Origin: a virus
Lineage: Duplodnaviria > Heunggongvirae > Uroviricota > Caudoviricetes
Virus record (IMG/VR): IMGVR_UViG_3300028584_001240
Length of the DNA: 64,000 nucleotides
Strand: one strand, 5' to 3'
This document shows, piece after piece, positions 53,718-63,341 of the stretch. Both the position numbers and the translations under genes were made by a program. Within the stretch, counting starts at the first letter, position 1. Each line of letters opens with the position of its first letter. The notes below the pieces were generated by a model, which had not been told where the DNA came from, made no database searches, and saw nothing but the letters and a program-made list of their open reading frames with translations.

Positions 53718-54950
53718 TTATTTTACAATAACCGTCGCCGTTAATGGAACACTACATCTTTCTTCATTGTTAACAGTCTTACATGCTGATATATAATAAG
53801 GATAAGTTCCAACTGCTGCTGGTGCATTAGTTGGAAAAGCTACAACTGCAGCCGTTGCTGAGTTAGTTGCCTTTCTAACAAGTGTTGATCCTGCTGATTT
53901 AGAGAACACATCAAAGGTTAATGCTGTATTAGGAGCTACTGTATTTTGGTATCTCACATTATTAATCATAGCAATAGTAGCCGTAGGTGATGCTTCAATC
54001 GTTAATGGCTTTGTTATGGATGCACTACCACCTGCTTCATTATAAGCAGCTAACACAATATTGAATGTGCCTTCACATACACCACATACAGTTTTTTGAA
54101 CGCCTGATGTTGCATCAACAAAAGTACTTGGAAAACCAGTATACGAACTAGATGATCTTATTTGATAACTTGTTGCATTAGTTGCATTAAAATTAAGTGC
54201 ATAAGTTTGACCACCATAAATGACACTTGGAAACTCAAATGAATTGATTACTGGTATAGCCACAGACTTCACCGTTACACTTTTTGTAAAGACTTTACCT
54301 TCTTCATTGGTAGCTTCAAGTGTGTAAATGGTATCACCAATTGGGTGAACTCGACCATAAGTTACAGTTTTAAGTGTTTTAGTTAATAATGCTGAATAGC
54401 CAAGATTATTCGTTAACTTTAATGTCGTAGGTGTTGGCATATCCCATGTAAATACCAAAGAAGTGTTAGTATTAGATACTACTGGTTTATCAACGGTGAA
54501 GCTAGTAATCATATTGACATCAGCTACATCTACTGTCAGTGTACGTTGTTCACTATTACCAAATGAGTCAATACCTTCCAATATATAATTAAAATTTCCA
54601 CTATTAGATTGAGTAACATTACGGCTAGTTGTTTTATTATCTATTACTTGTCCATTAAATTTTAATGTCACTGCATTTTTAATAGACCAATCAAATTTTG
54701 AAATATCACCTTTATTAACTGTATTTGAGTCTACAGTAAATGAAATAATTTCAATTTTATCTTTATCGTCAGGAATTGGATTTTCTTCAACAGGTGGAAT
54801 TTCTTCTACTGGCGGAACTTCTACTATAGGTTTACTGACAAACACAATGTTTGATTTATCAGGAGAAATTATGACTGTGTATTGGTTTGCAGCATAAGTG
54901 CTTGAAACTAACATCATGGATAATAATGTTATTTTTAGATTTTTATTCAT
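53718..54950 (-). CDS. Exported protein with repeated Ig-like/beta-sandwich-type modules
   Basis: 410 aa. Signal peptide MNKNLKITLLSMMLVSSTYA-AN, a (P)PVEE(I/N)P repeat, then repeated modules (FTVDSNTVNKGDISKFDWSIKNAVTLKFNG.. and FTVDKPVVSNTNTSLVFTWDMPTPTTLKLTN..). Ser/Thr/Asn/Val-rich. Confidence 0.65.
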   Translation of the reverse strand: MNKNLKITLLSMMLVSSTYAANQYTVIISPDKSNIVFVSKPIVEVPPVEEIPPVEENPIPDDKDKIEIISFTVDSNTVNKGDISKFDWSIKNAVTLKFNGQVIDNKTTSRNVTQSNSGNFNYILEGIDSFGNSEQRTLTVDVADVNMITSFTVDKPVVSNTNTSLVFTWDMPTPTTLKLTNNLGYSALLTKTLKTVTYGRVHPIGDTIYTLEATNEEGKVFTKSVTVKSVAIPVINSFEFPSVIYGGQTYALNFNATNATSYQIRSSSSYTGFPSTFVDATSGVQKTVCGVCEGTFNIVLAAYNEAGGSASITKPLTIEASPTATIAMINNVRYQNTVAPNTALTFDVFSKSAGSTLVRKATNSATAAVVAFPTNAPAAVGTYPYYISACKTVNNEERCSVPLTATVIVK

Positions 54951-55003
54951 ATACTTTATTATGGTTTTGTTATTATTATAATCATTTTCTAACGAAAGTC
55001 AAT

Positions 55004-55026
55004 AAAAAAGCCTCCGAAGAGGCTTT
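55004..55026 (-). terminator. Rho-independent terminator after ligA
   Basis: Minus strand: AGCCTCttcgGAGGCTttttt. Confidence 0.85.
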
Positions 55027-55043
55027 ATATATTGTTAAGTAAA

Positions 55044-56918
55044 TCAGACTGCAATGTATTTTGCAACAAATTCAGCTTCGGTCAAGATTTCAATATCAAC
55101 ACCTTTCGCTTTCAAGGCTTGGGCGTCAGCAAGTTTACTACCAGCACTTTCACCGTAAACAAGAATTTGTGTTGTCTTGCTTGCTTTGCTTTGGATCTTC
55201 GCACCTTTCGATGTGAAGAACGCTTCAATCTCTTTACGTGAGTAGCTAACCATTGTACCAGTTACCACCACGTTCTTACCAGAGAATGGACTATCATTGT
55301 CAACAACTGCTTGTGAAGACAATTCAAGATTGAACAAAGGACGCAAGGTATTAATCAATTCAAGTTTTTCTTGAATACCGGCTGGAATGAGAACGCTATT
55401 CACTGGGCCGTAACCTTTCATCTTAATCAACTTACCTTCTTCGACTTCATGCAGTGCGTCGATATTGAAGACTTTAAGCAACTTTTTAGAGTCGCCTTTA
55501 CCAAGACTCGAAATACCGAAGGCTGCAAGGAAACGCCAGTCTTCAATTTGACTTGATTTACTGGTTTCAAGAGCGGCGACCAAGTTAGGGCTTTCACCTT
55601 TACCAAAACCAGCGGTCAAGAAATCCTGCTCTTTCATTGCGTAAATCTTTTCCAAGGTGTCGAAACCTGCTTCAACCAACTTAGCGACTGTTTTACCACC
55701 AAAACCATCGTTGTTAGCCAATGTTGCAAAGAAGTGCAACAAGGTCTGGCTAATTTGTTCCGAGCAACCTGAATGGTTAGGGCAGAAAAGGAAGTGACTT
55801 TCCCATTCAAGCACAGTGTTACAGCAAGGGCAGTTCGTTGGAACTTCGTATTCAGCTTGGGTAATCACTTTTTCAATTTTAGGGATTACTTCACCACTAC
55901 GAATGATTTCAATGACGGCACCTACACCCATTTTGTTCGTGCGAACGTTGTTCATGTGGTGAGCGGTTACGTTACTAATCGTTGCACCAGACACAAGAAC
56001 AGGAGCCACAGCAAGAACCGGCGTGATAGTGCCAGTGCGACCTACTTGAAGTTTAACATCAAGCACAGTAGTCTGTGCAGTTTCACCACGTTCTTTAAAT
56101 GCACACTGCCATTTATTGTGATGGTTGTTGTAGCCCATGTATTCTTTGATTTCTGGAACAATGGATTCAATCACGAAACCGTCAATCAAGTAAGGAATAG
56201 CAGCACGCAAATCGTTGTTGATTTGTACAAGGTTAGCAAGAATGTCATCAGCCGTGCCAACATAAGCCTGCAACGTGGTGTAAGGCACAAAATGAATCGC
56301 ACCGTCATCCAAAGCCTTCTGAGTTTCAGGGCGTGTATCTTCCTGAGACAATACGCTGCTCATCATGTTACGTGGATGTGGGAACATCGAAGCAAGGTTC
56401 TCTGCGAAATAAGTCTTGTCAATCACCAACTCGCCACGACCTTCTGCATTTTCTTTACGAATAACACCTTTATCGTAGATGTAAGTAATGTCGTTACCAC
56501 GAATGCCATCACCACGAGTAGATAGTTTTTCTGTTTCATGGCAACCCGCAAAACCATCAAGTTTGCAAGTAACTTTATACATGGATTTTACATGAAGATC
56601 CTGAGCTACGTCTTCAACACGTTTAAACCATTTAGCCAAGGCTTCGGAAGTGTAGAATTTTTCGGTTGACAGCATAGGGGAAGAGTGAGTAATAGCGTTT
56701 TCGCCAACTTCTTCCAATTCAATTTCATCAAACCATGTTGATTCAGGGAATTTAGCACGAAAATCTTCAACAACAGCGTCATAATTTTCATCGGCAATTG
56801 GATCAAGACCAAACAATGCAGTCTTTGGCAACGATTTACGGTAGCAATCGTTATAATCTTCAAGCAGCTCAATGAAAGCAGCTTCGGTTGTTGGGTATTT
56901 GATGTCATTGATATTCAT
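55044..56918 (-). CDS. ligA: NAD-dependent DNA ligase
   Basis: 624 aa. Adenylation KxDG (TCKLDGFAG), OB fold, four-Cys zinc finger (CPCCNTVL..CPNHSGC), HhH region and a C-terminal BRCT (GKNVVVTGTM..). GGAG SD. Confidence 0.96.
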   Translation of the reverse strand: MNINDIKYPTTEAAFIELLEDYNDCYRKSLPKTALFGLDPIADENYDAVVEDFRAKFPESTWFDEIELEEVGENAITHSSPMLSTEKFYTSEALAKWFKRVEDVAQDLHVKSMYKVTCKLDGFAGCHETEKLSTRGDGIRGNDITYIYDKGVIRKENAEGRGELVIDKTYFAENLASMFPHPRNMMSSVLSQEDTRPETQKALDDGAIHFVPYTTLQAYVGTADDILANLVQINNDLRAAIPYLIDGFVIESIVPEIKEYMGYNNHHNKWQCAFKERGETAQTTVLDVKLQVGRTGTITPVLAVAPVLVSGATISNVTAHHMNNVRTNKMGVGAVIEIIRSGEVIPKIEKVITQAEYEVPTNCPCCNTVLEWESHFLFCPNHSGCSEQISQTLLHFFATLANNDGFGGKTVAKLVEAGFDTLEKIYAMKEQDFLTAGFGKGESPNLVAALETSKSSQIEDWRFLAAFGISSLGKGDSKKLLKVFNIDALHEVEEGKLIKMKGYGPVNSVLIPAGIQEKLELINTLRPLFNLELSSQAVVDNDSPFSGKNVVVTGTMVSYSRKEIEAFFTSKGAKIQSKASKTTQILVYGESAGSKLADAQALKAKGVDIEILTEAEFVAKYIAV

Positions 56919-57003
56919 GTATTAAGCTCCGTTTGATTTCATATATTATACCATTTTAAATGGTCTAGATCAAGTAAATTAAGGCTTTGAAGGTGATTTT
57001 TTG

Positions 57004-57822
57004 TTAAATTTTCATCATATCGAAAAGTGTATTGATTGATTCGACATCAAAGCTCTCAAAATCAATAGTGGTGCCAGTGAAGGCTTCAAAACGAGCTTTA
57101 TAGTTAATGTTAAACAGCTCACGTTTAATCACATACGTCAACTCCGTTAAGAAGTCATCGAATTTTTCAAATGTCTTGGATGTTTGAAAAAGAACATTTT
57201 CTTTATCTAGGTCATCAAGACTAATGATTTTTACATTGTAATAAAAAACATTATTCAGTTTTCTGAAATTAATAATCAATTCTTGATGATTTTTCTGACC
57301 CATCATTACAGAACTGAACTTGGTTGGTGTATGAAAAGTATGTTGAATGCCTGCAATGTATTCATTAAAAATAATATCATAGGTTAACGACACTGGTATA
57401 GTGCTGTTTGTACGATAATTGCCGTGGTCGTCATAGATTTCAGCGGGCACAGTCATTCGATTAAATCGTTTATCATACCAAAAGCTGGATAGCTTACTGC
57501 TCATCCGTTGTGGGGTCTTAAATCGGCTTTCAAAGCCAGTACCTGATGTGAATAGTCGATAGTCAAACATCACCGTAAACAGATTAGTACAAATTTCAAA
57601 CATCTGTTCTTGACTGAATGGGGCTTCATACTCCATGTTATTAATCAAAGCAGTATATGCCTTATTAAAGCCAACTTGTAAATCAATACCATCTCTCGTC
57701 ACTTTGGGCAAGTTATGAATTACTAAGCCATTATCCACCATTTTTAGGCAGGATTTCATAAAAGGTTTAATCTCGTGATCATCAAAACCAGATTTATAAT
57801 GTTTAGCCATCAGTTCAATCAT
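57004..57822 (-). CDS. Tail-motif paralogue family member
   Basis: 272 aa. Ends ..VESINTLFDMMKI. Confidence 0.8.
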   Translation of the reverse strand: MIELMAKHYKSGFDDHEIKPFMKSCLKMVDNGLVIHNLPKVTRDGIDLQVGFNKAYTALINNMEYEAPFSQEQMFEICTNLFTVMFDYRLFTSGTGFESRFKTPQRMSSKLSSFWYDKRFNRMTVPAEIYDDHGNYRTNSTIPVSLTYDIIFNEYIAGIQHTFHTPTKFSSVMMGQKNHQELIINFRKLNNVFYYNVKIISLDDLDKENVLFQTSKTFEKFDDFLTELTYVIKRELFNINYKARFEAFTGTTIDFESFDVESINTLFDMMKI

Positions 57823-57908
57823 AACCAGCCCTCTAAAATTTTGTATATTGTATCAAAATAAATAAAAAAAGTCATCTTTTATTTAAAAAAAATGACTTCG
57901 TAGACAAT

Positions 57909-57932
57909 AAAAAAGGCTAATCGTTTAGCCTT
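57909..57932 (-). terminator. Rho-independent terminator
   Basis: Minus strand: AAGGCTAAacgaTTAGCCTTttttt. Confidence 0.8.
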
Positions 57933-57938
57933 CTAAAT

Positions 57939-59210
57939 TTAAATGCAATTTCTTGCCAATAGTTTTTCTGCTACTTGTTGAATGTCTTTTTCTTTGGCAT
58001 CACACACTGGCAGTTTCTTATGATTTTTAGAAACAAATGTATAGGATTTTACCACCAAATCCAACCATTCAGGTTCAATTTCACCAGTTTCTGGTAGTTT
58101 GTACATAGGACTTTTATAACTATAAATACTAATGTAGCCATATTCTTTACTACCATGCACCATCTCGGTATCCCGTTTGTAAGTGCTGAGCATGTCTTCA
58201 TCAAAAGCAATATAGTATTTACCAGCAGAGTTCTTTTTCCATTTGCAATCACTTGACCACATGCCATAAGTATACAACAAATTAATATTGTCATAAGTCA
58301 TATATTCCATAACAGAAGCTAAACTGGTAACATCATAAGGTTTAGCTTTCTCAATCGAGAACTCCTGTGCCAAGCTCTCTCCAATAAAAGAAGACGTAAG
58401 AATAACATAAGGGTTTTCATTTTTAATAAAAACACCATTTTCAATGACAACACAAGGTTCAGCGTTATCAATGTAATGTTTTACAATTTCTGGATATTCA
58501 CCAATAACAATTGTGTCGTGAGGAAATTGTTCACCATCGACATTTTCTTCAAGCTCTTCAAAAACACGAATAGTGCCAGTATTCACATCACGTTCATACA
58601 GAATGAATTTAGTCACACACGCTGATGTACTGGTATATGAGACAATTTCTTTTGCACCTATTTGATGTTTATGAAAACAATCACTACGCATTTCAAATTC
58701 ATTTTCATAATCAGTTGAAGCGTCAAAAATAACATCAATATCACTTTTAAAACCAAAATTATAAAGAGCCATGTCTTCTTCAAAATAATGATATTTATCG
58801 TCAAAATGATTAAGATTAAGGGCAACCATCATTTTTTTCAACAATGAAATACTGGACACATGAAATTGATAAGATGACATCATGCTAAATGAACCATCAT
58901 TCTTCATTCGTTCCCATTCTTTTGGACTGGTTAACAGAGCGGTCATGATATGTTCTCGTTGGTAATCCATATTTTCAGCAAATTTTTCTTGTGCAATACG
59001 ATATACACTGAAAAGTTCATCCAGTTTAAAAATATACTGAAAACCATCATAAGGTTTTGATGTAATCAAGGTGGTTTCTGTTTTATTATTATGGTTTTTG
59101 ATCTCAGACAACTTCTTAAAGTCACCATTTTTAAGAGCTGTCAAAAATACATCTTCCAGCTCCATAACAATAGCAGCCGAAAATTTAGGCAAATCAATAT
59201 TTCGCATCAT
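57939..59210 (-). CDS. Hypothetical protein
   Basis: 423 aa. Ends ..VAEKLLARNCI, hydrophobic and Ile-terminal but without the Met. Not counted as a family member. Confidence 0.7.
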   Translation of the reverse strand: MMRNIDLPKFSAAIVMELEDVFLTALKNGDFKKLSEIKNHNNKTETTLITSKPYDGFQYIFKLDELFSVYRIAQEKFAENMDYQREHIMTALLTSPKEWERMKNDGSFSMMSSYQFHVSSISLLKKMMVALNLNHFDDKYHYFEEDMALYNFGFKSDIDVIFDASTDYENEFEMRSDCFHKHQIGAKEIVSYTSTSACVTKFILYERDVNTGTIRVFEELEENVDGEQFPHDTIVIGEYPEIVKHYIDNAEPCVVIENGVFIKNENPYVILTSSFIGESLAQEFSIEKAKPYDVTSLASVMEYMTYDNINLLYTYGMWSSDCKWKKNSAGKYYIAFDEDMLSTYKRDTEMVHGSKEYGYISIYSYKSPMYKLPETGEIEPEWLDLVVKSYTFVSKNHKKLPVCDAKEKDIQQVAEKLLARNCI

Positions 59211-59225
59211 AAAGTAATCCTCTAA

Positions 59226-59819
59226 TTAAGCTTTGGCTTTGTTGATAAGAAAAGCGATCATTTTGGCTTCTGGGTCTTTACACTTTTTAAGGTATTCAGC
59301 ACAAATATCAAGAAGTTCATCATCAGGCATTTTGTTATCAACTGCCACACTAAGTTCGCTAACCCTGACCAGTTCGTACAATTTTTTCTCAAAATACTCA
59401 GCTTTATCGATCTCATCTTCAAGATAATGGTGCGAAATTATTGAAATTAGTCGAGCATATTCAGCGTATTCGTTTAAATCAAGGTTTGAATGGTTAAATA
59501 CTTTCTTGCCATCAAAATCAAGGCCAACGAGTTCAAGCAGGCTATGAGGAATCATTGCTTTAACAACAGATTCAAGTCGTTCAATATGAGACTTTGCTCG
59601 TTCAATTTCGCCATCCGTAAGAGCCATGAAAACTTCATTGAGTTTAAATCTAACTTCTTCATCACGTTTAATATCATCCAAACCCAGACACGATTCAGAA
59701 AAGTATTCCAACATATGAGTTTTCATTTCATATTCACTTTTAGCTTGAGCAATCTCATAGCCAAGGGTCTTTAACACTCGATTGAAATCACTGCTGGCTC
59801 GCTTAAATAGATAAATCAT
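59226..59819 (-). CDS. Hypothetical helical protein
   Basis: 197-aa ORF, same-strand operon context. Confidence 0.65.
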   Translation of the reverse strand: MIYLFKRASSDFNRVLKTLGYEIAQAKSEYEMKTHMLEYFSESCLGLDDIKRDEEVRFKLNEVFMALTDGEIERAKSHIERLESVVKAMIPHSLLELVGLDFDGKKVFNHSNLDLNEYAEYARLISIISHHYLEDEIDKAEYFEKKLYELVRVSELSVAVDNKMPDDELLDICAEYLKKCKDPEAKMIAFLINKAKA

Positions 59820-59846
59820 TAGAAATCTCCGTAAAGTAGATGATTA

Positions 59847-60281
59847 TTATAACACACCTTCACTGTTTTTGCTTCTTTTTAATGTTAAAATAAATCTTTT
59901 TTTATCAATATTTGAAATGCTTTCAATTGCTTTAAAACTCAGCAGAGTTTTAAAGACACTGTATTGCTGATAGTTAATACGATAATCCTTTATATATGCC
60001 AAAGCCATAGGCTCAGTCAAGGTTAAAAAGTATTTAATGTCATCGGCAAAACCATAATCAGTAAACAATTTATTAATCGCTTTAATGGTTAACGTATTAA
60101 GGTATTTAATGGTAAGCACATGGCCTACGTTATCCATGAAAATAAGAGGATTCTGAGGATCAATACATTCATCATTCATAGCATTAATAACAATGGCAAG
60201 ATAATTCTCTGGATAACCATCTTTTTCACATTGTAGTCTGTAACGAATTAAATTTACCCATTCTGCTGATGTATTTTTCAT
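59847..60281 (-). CDS. Hypothetical protein
   Basis: Start moved from GTG 60287 to ATG 60281; GAGGTGG overlaps the GTG. Confidence 0.65.
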   Translation of the reverse strand: MKNTSAEWVNLIRYRLQCEKDGYPENYLAIVINAMNDECIDPQNPLIFMDNVGHVLTIKYLNTLTIKAINKLFTDYGFADDIKYFLTLTEPMALAYIKDYRINYQQYSVFKTLLSFKAIESISNIDKKRFILTLKRSKNSEGVL

Positions 60282-60403
60282 AACCACCTCTACTTATTGC
60301 ATATTTTGTATAAAGATATTAACAAAAAAATATAAAAATCGCAATGTTTTTTTTAGAAATAAATGCTATAATAAGAAATAATCAAACAAGAAAGGTTGCA
60401 AAA

Positions 60404-60856
60404 ATGAGTGTATTAGAAGAAATTAAAGCAAAACTTGAAACCAATGAAGCATTGGACAAAGAAATCGGAAAAGCATTTAGCAATATCTATTCTTGTACAA
60501 GAGTATGGGCGGCATGGAGTTATGATACAATGACAGCAGATGACTTTCCTCCATTTGAAAAAGGTGATGAAGCCTTTGATGAGTTTGTTAAAGAATTAAA
60601 AACTTCTTTATTGACTGAAAATATTGATAATCCTGATAAGTTTTATGATCTTGTTGAAAAACATATTTGCAACTATGAATTGTATTACAATGAAGACGTT
60701 GATCGCTATTTTTATTCACAGGCTTTCAATGATGATTTTCTTGGTGAAACAGATTTAACCGATATTTATCCAGCGGCTAAAAAATATCAAGAAGTTCATG
60801 CACCAAAGCCAGAAACACCAGAAGTAAAAGTTAAACCGATTAAAAACAAGCCTTGA
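60404..60856 (+). CDS. Hypothetical acidic protein
   Basis: Start moved to ATG 60404 (MSVLEEIKAKLE..; AAAGG upstream). The upstream extension contains a TGcTATAAT -10-like box. Confidence 0.6.
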   Translation: MSVLEEIKAKLETNEALDKEIGKAFSNIYSCTRVWAAWSYDTMTADDFPPFEKGDEAFDEFVKELKTSLLTENIDNPDKFYDLVEKHICNYELYYNEDVDRYFYSQAFNDDFLGETDLTDIYPAAKKYQEVHAPKPETPEVKVKPIKNKP

Positions 60857-60868
60857 TAACACTACAAA

Positions 60869-60897
60869 TAAAAACCACATAACGATGTGGTTTTTTT
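60869..60897. terminator. Bidirectional terminator
   Basis: AAAACCACATaacgATGTGGTTTTttt. Confidence 0.85.
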
Positions 60898-60912
60898 GTA
60901 TTCAAATATTAT

Positions 60913-61692
60913 TCAAATATAAGACATTCTGATAAGATCAAGCTCTCTTTTATTAAACATCTTATTGGTTCTTAAAAAATGAGTAAAGCTACTACCATAC
61001 AGTTTAGTCACACTTATCTCACATGTTTTAAGAATATCACTCAGTAAAATAGATTCCAGTTCACCTGATTTAAAGACAAAATAATGCACATCATAAATAT
61101 TAACATCGTGTAAAGTGGTGCCATCTTCTTGAAGTATGCTTTTAATGGGGCGTTCAACCACCATAGGCACTGTGCCATTAATACCTTTCTGCAAAGGTCT
61201 GCAGTCTTCCAAGAAATACCAAATTTGGTCGATTTTAAACGTGGTATCATCAATTTCATATGACATGCTTTTTAAATAAAGATCTTTTAACAATCTTTTA
61301 GGTTTTGCAAATTTAATCATCCGTGGCAATCCTGACGGACTAAATGCTATGTTATATGACAAAGAATATTCGCTTCCTTTTTCAAAGGATGCACTAGTTA
61401 TTACAAAATAGGATTGCTCTTTTTTATCAACAACCGCCGAGGCAAGTTCAAGGACACATCCTTTGTTATTACTATATCTATAAATAATTTCATTAACTTC
61501 AAACCCAATATCATTAAAAAATTGATTGAGTTCATCCGTGTCCAAGTCAAACTTCAAGCAATAATTTGAACTTTCAATAATATTCATAACCAGCGGTTTG
61601 TATTCTTCACAGTTTTCTTTATTGATTAGATAATGATCAACATAATGAAATTCAATTCTAGATAAGTAATCTTCTTCAGTAGCTTCTGGCAT
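60913..61692 (-). CDS. Tail-motif paralogue family member (sub-cluster D)
   Basis: 259 aa. Ends ..FNKRELDLIRMSYI. LQKGINGTVPMVVERPIK and VNIYDVHYFVF are shared with 61714.. and 63338... Confidence 0.8.
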   Translation of the reverse strand: MPEATEEDYLSRIEFHYVDHYLINKENCEEYKPLVMNIIESSNYCLKFDLDTDELNQFFNDIGFEVNEIIYRYSNNKGCVLELASAVVDKKEQSYFVITSASFEKGSEYSLSYNIAFSPSGLPRMIKFAKPKRLLKDLYLKSMSYEIDDTTFKIDQIWYFLEDCRPLQKGINGTVPMVVERPIKSILQEDGTTLHDVNIYDVHYFVFKSGELESILLSDILKTCEISVTKLYGSSFTHFLRTNKMFNKRELDLIRMSYI

Positions 61693-61713
61693 ATTTAACT
61701 CCCTAAATCGTAT

Positions 61714-62484
61714 TTAGATATACATCATCTCAATGATATCCCGCTCTCTTTTAGTAAACATTTTAGACATAGTAAGAAAATCAGTGTAATCAGTGCCATA
61801 CATTCTAGCACAACTAAAATCACACTGTGTTAATATATCAATCAGTCGAACTTCCTTAGATTTACCATGTACAGTATAGTAAACATCATAGATATTTACA
61901 TTGTAAAATGACTGAGTGTTTTCAACAATTCTTTTTAATGGATGTTCAATAATCATTGTTATATAGCCATTAATACCTTTTTGTAGCTTTCTGTTATCGT
62001 TAAAACAATAACCAATTTGGTCGATCTTAAGAGTATCACAGTCTATGATATAATGAATAGATTTAAGGGTAAGTCCTTTCAATATTTTGTTTGCTGATTT
62101 AAATGTTCGAGAAACAGCAACACCTTGTAAATTGTAAGACGTAAAATAACTGTGAACGTAACGATCATTCTTAGTAAACTCAACCCATTGCAAGACATAG
62201 CGGTCTTGTACAACCTCACCCTCAATGACAGCAGTTAAATCAATCTCACATCCTTGGTTGTCATTGAATTTCAACGTATTTTCTTCAGATAAAAATCCAG
62301 ATAATGAGAGAAATTCATTCAATTGTGCTCGTTTTAAATCAAATTTTATGATGTAAGAATAATCTTTCAACATCTCAATGAGATTGTCTTTGTATTCATG
62401 CATATTATTTTCGTTAATAATATGTGTCTCCAAATAACGATATTCAATTTTGGCTTCTAACTTGGTAGGTTTTAGTGTATTCAT
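61714..62484 (-). CDS. Tail-motif paralogue family member (sub-cluster D)
   Basis: Ends ..FTKRERDIIEMMYI. Start moved from GTG 62496 to ATG 62484, so that IEYRY aligns with IEFHY of 60913... Confidence 0.8.
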   Translation of the reverse strand: MNTLKPTKLEAKIEYRYLETHIINENNMHEYKDNLIEMLKDYSYIIKFDLKRAQLNEFLSLSGFLSEENTLKFNDNQGCEIDLTAVIEGEVVQDRYVLQWVEFTKNDRYVHSYFTSYNLQGVAVSRTFKSANKILKGLTLKSIHYIIDCDTLKIDQIGYCFNDNRKLQKGINGYITMIIEHPLKRIVENTQSFYNVNIYDVYYTVHGKSKEVRLIDILTQCDFSCARMYGTDYTDFLTMSKMFTKRERDIIEMMYI

Positions 62485-62600
62485 AACAATCGTCACTCAA
62501 TAATTCTTTGTATATTATACTATTTTACTTAATAAATCAATTGAAATGTTGATTTTCTTTTTTAATTTGTTATCCTATGCCTAAGAAAAGGATACTGACC

Positions 62601-63341
62601 ATGAATATGAAAAAAGTTAAATTAGCAGACGTATTTGAAAAGTATGGCTCTCATTATATGGTGAAATATCATGCCAGTATAGAAAATGGTATTATTTTTG
62701 AAATTGAAAAAAAATTTGGACATTCTAGAGCTAAAAATACATTTTCGACGGAATATAATATTTTTACAACTTTTAATCCACTACTTGACGAAGATTACAA
62801 AAATCTAGTTGAATATCACAGTGAAGAAATCGCTCAACTAAATAAAGGTTCTTTCTTATCAACACTCATTAATAAAGATAAAAAAGAAAAAATTAAATAC
62901 CATCAAAACAGACTAGAAGCCTTAAATGAAGTGTATGCCACCAGCGAAAAAGATAGATATATCACCAATGAGAATGATGTTGTGGTTCTCTATACTTCTG
63001 AGATTAATGTAGGTGATCATTTGCATATTGTTGATTTAAGAAATAAAGAAGAAATTAACCTTGAAACAGTTTATGTAGATGAATTGGTTCCTTTTTTTGA
63101 TGATGATAAAAACATACGATTAAAAATAAACATAAGGGCTTTTAATGTTGATAAAGTTGAATTAGACAATATCAACTTCGTTGATAACTATTGTTCTCCA
63201 ATAACTGATTATCATGTATTTAATGATCGTGAAAAAGCTTATGATTTTTCAATAGAAGAACTCATGAAAAACGAATACAATGAAAACATAAAAATGAGAT
63301 TAAAGCTTGCCAAAAAGATAGACAATTTATTTGGATATTAG
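62601..63341 (+). CDS. Hypothetical protein
   Basis: The track start is 62577. ATG 62601 (MNMKKVKLADV..) has AAGGA 7 nt upstream. No tail motif. Confidence 0.6.
   Translation: MNMKKVKLADVFEKYGSHYMVKYHASIENGIIFEIEKKFGHSRAKNTFSTEYNIFTTFNPLLDEDYKNLVEYHSEEIAQLNKGSFLSTLINKDKKEKIKYHQNRLEALNEVYATSEKDRYITNENDVVVLYTSEINVGDHLHIVDLRNKEEINLETVYVDELVPFFDDDKNIRLKINIRAFNVDKVELDNINFVDNYCSPITDYHVFNDREKAYDFSIEELMKNEYNENIKMRLKLAKKIDNLFGY

Noticed and set aside
55773-56525. 250-aa plus-strand ORF, with smaller ones at 55032..55241 and 55371..55556.
   Set aside because: They are antisense to the unambiguous NAD-dependent DNA ligase gene and are shadow ORFs. The same reasoning applies to 2176..2499, 2534..2821, 3040..3349 (antisense to tyrS) and 17318..17572 (antisense to serS).
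57939-59210. 423-aa protein ending ..EKLLARNCI, considered as a 38th member of the tail family.
   Set aside because: It lacks the Met at position -4 and is much longer than the family norm. The hydrophobic Ile-terminal end alone is not specific enough in this AT-rich genome.
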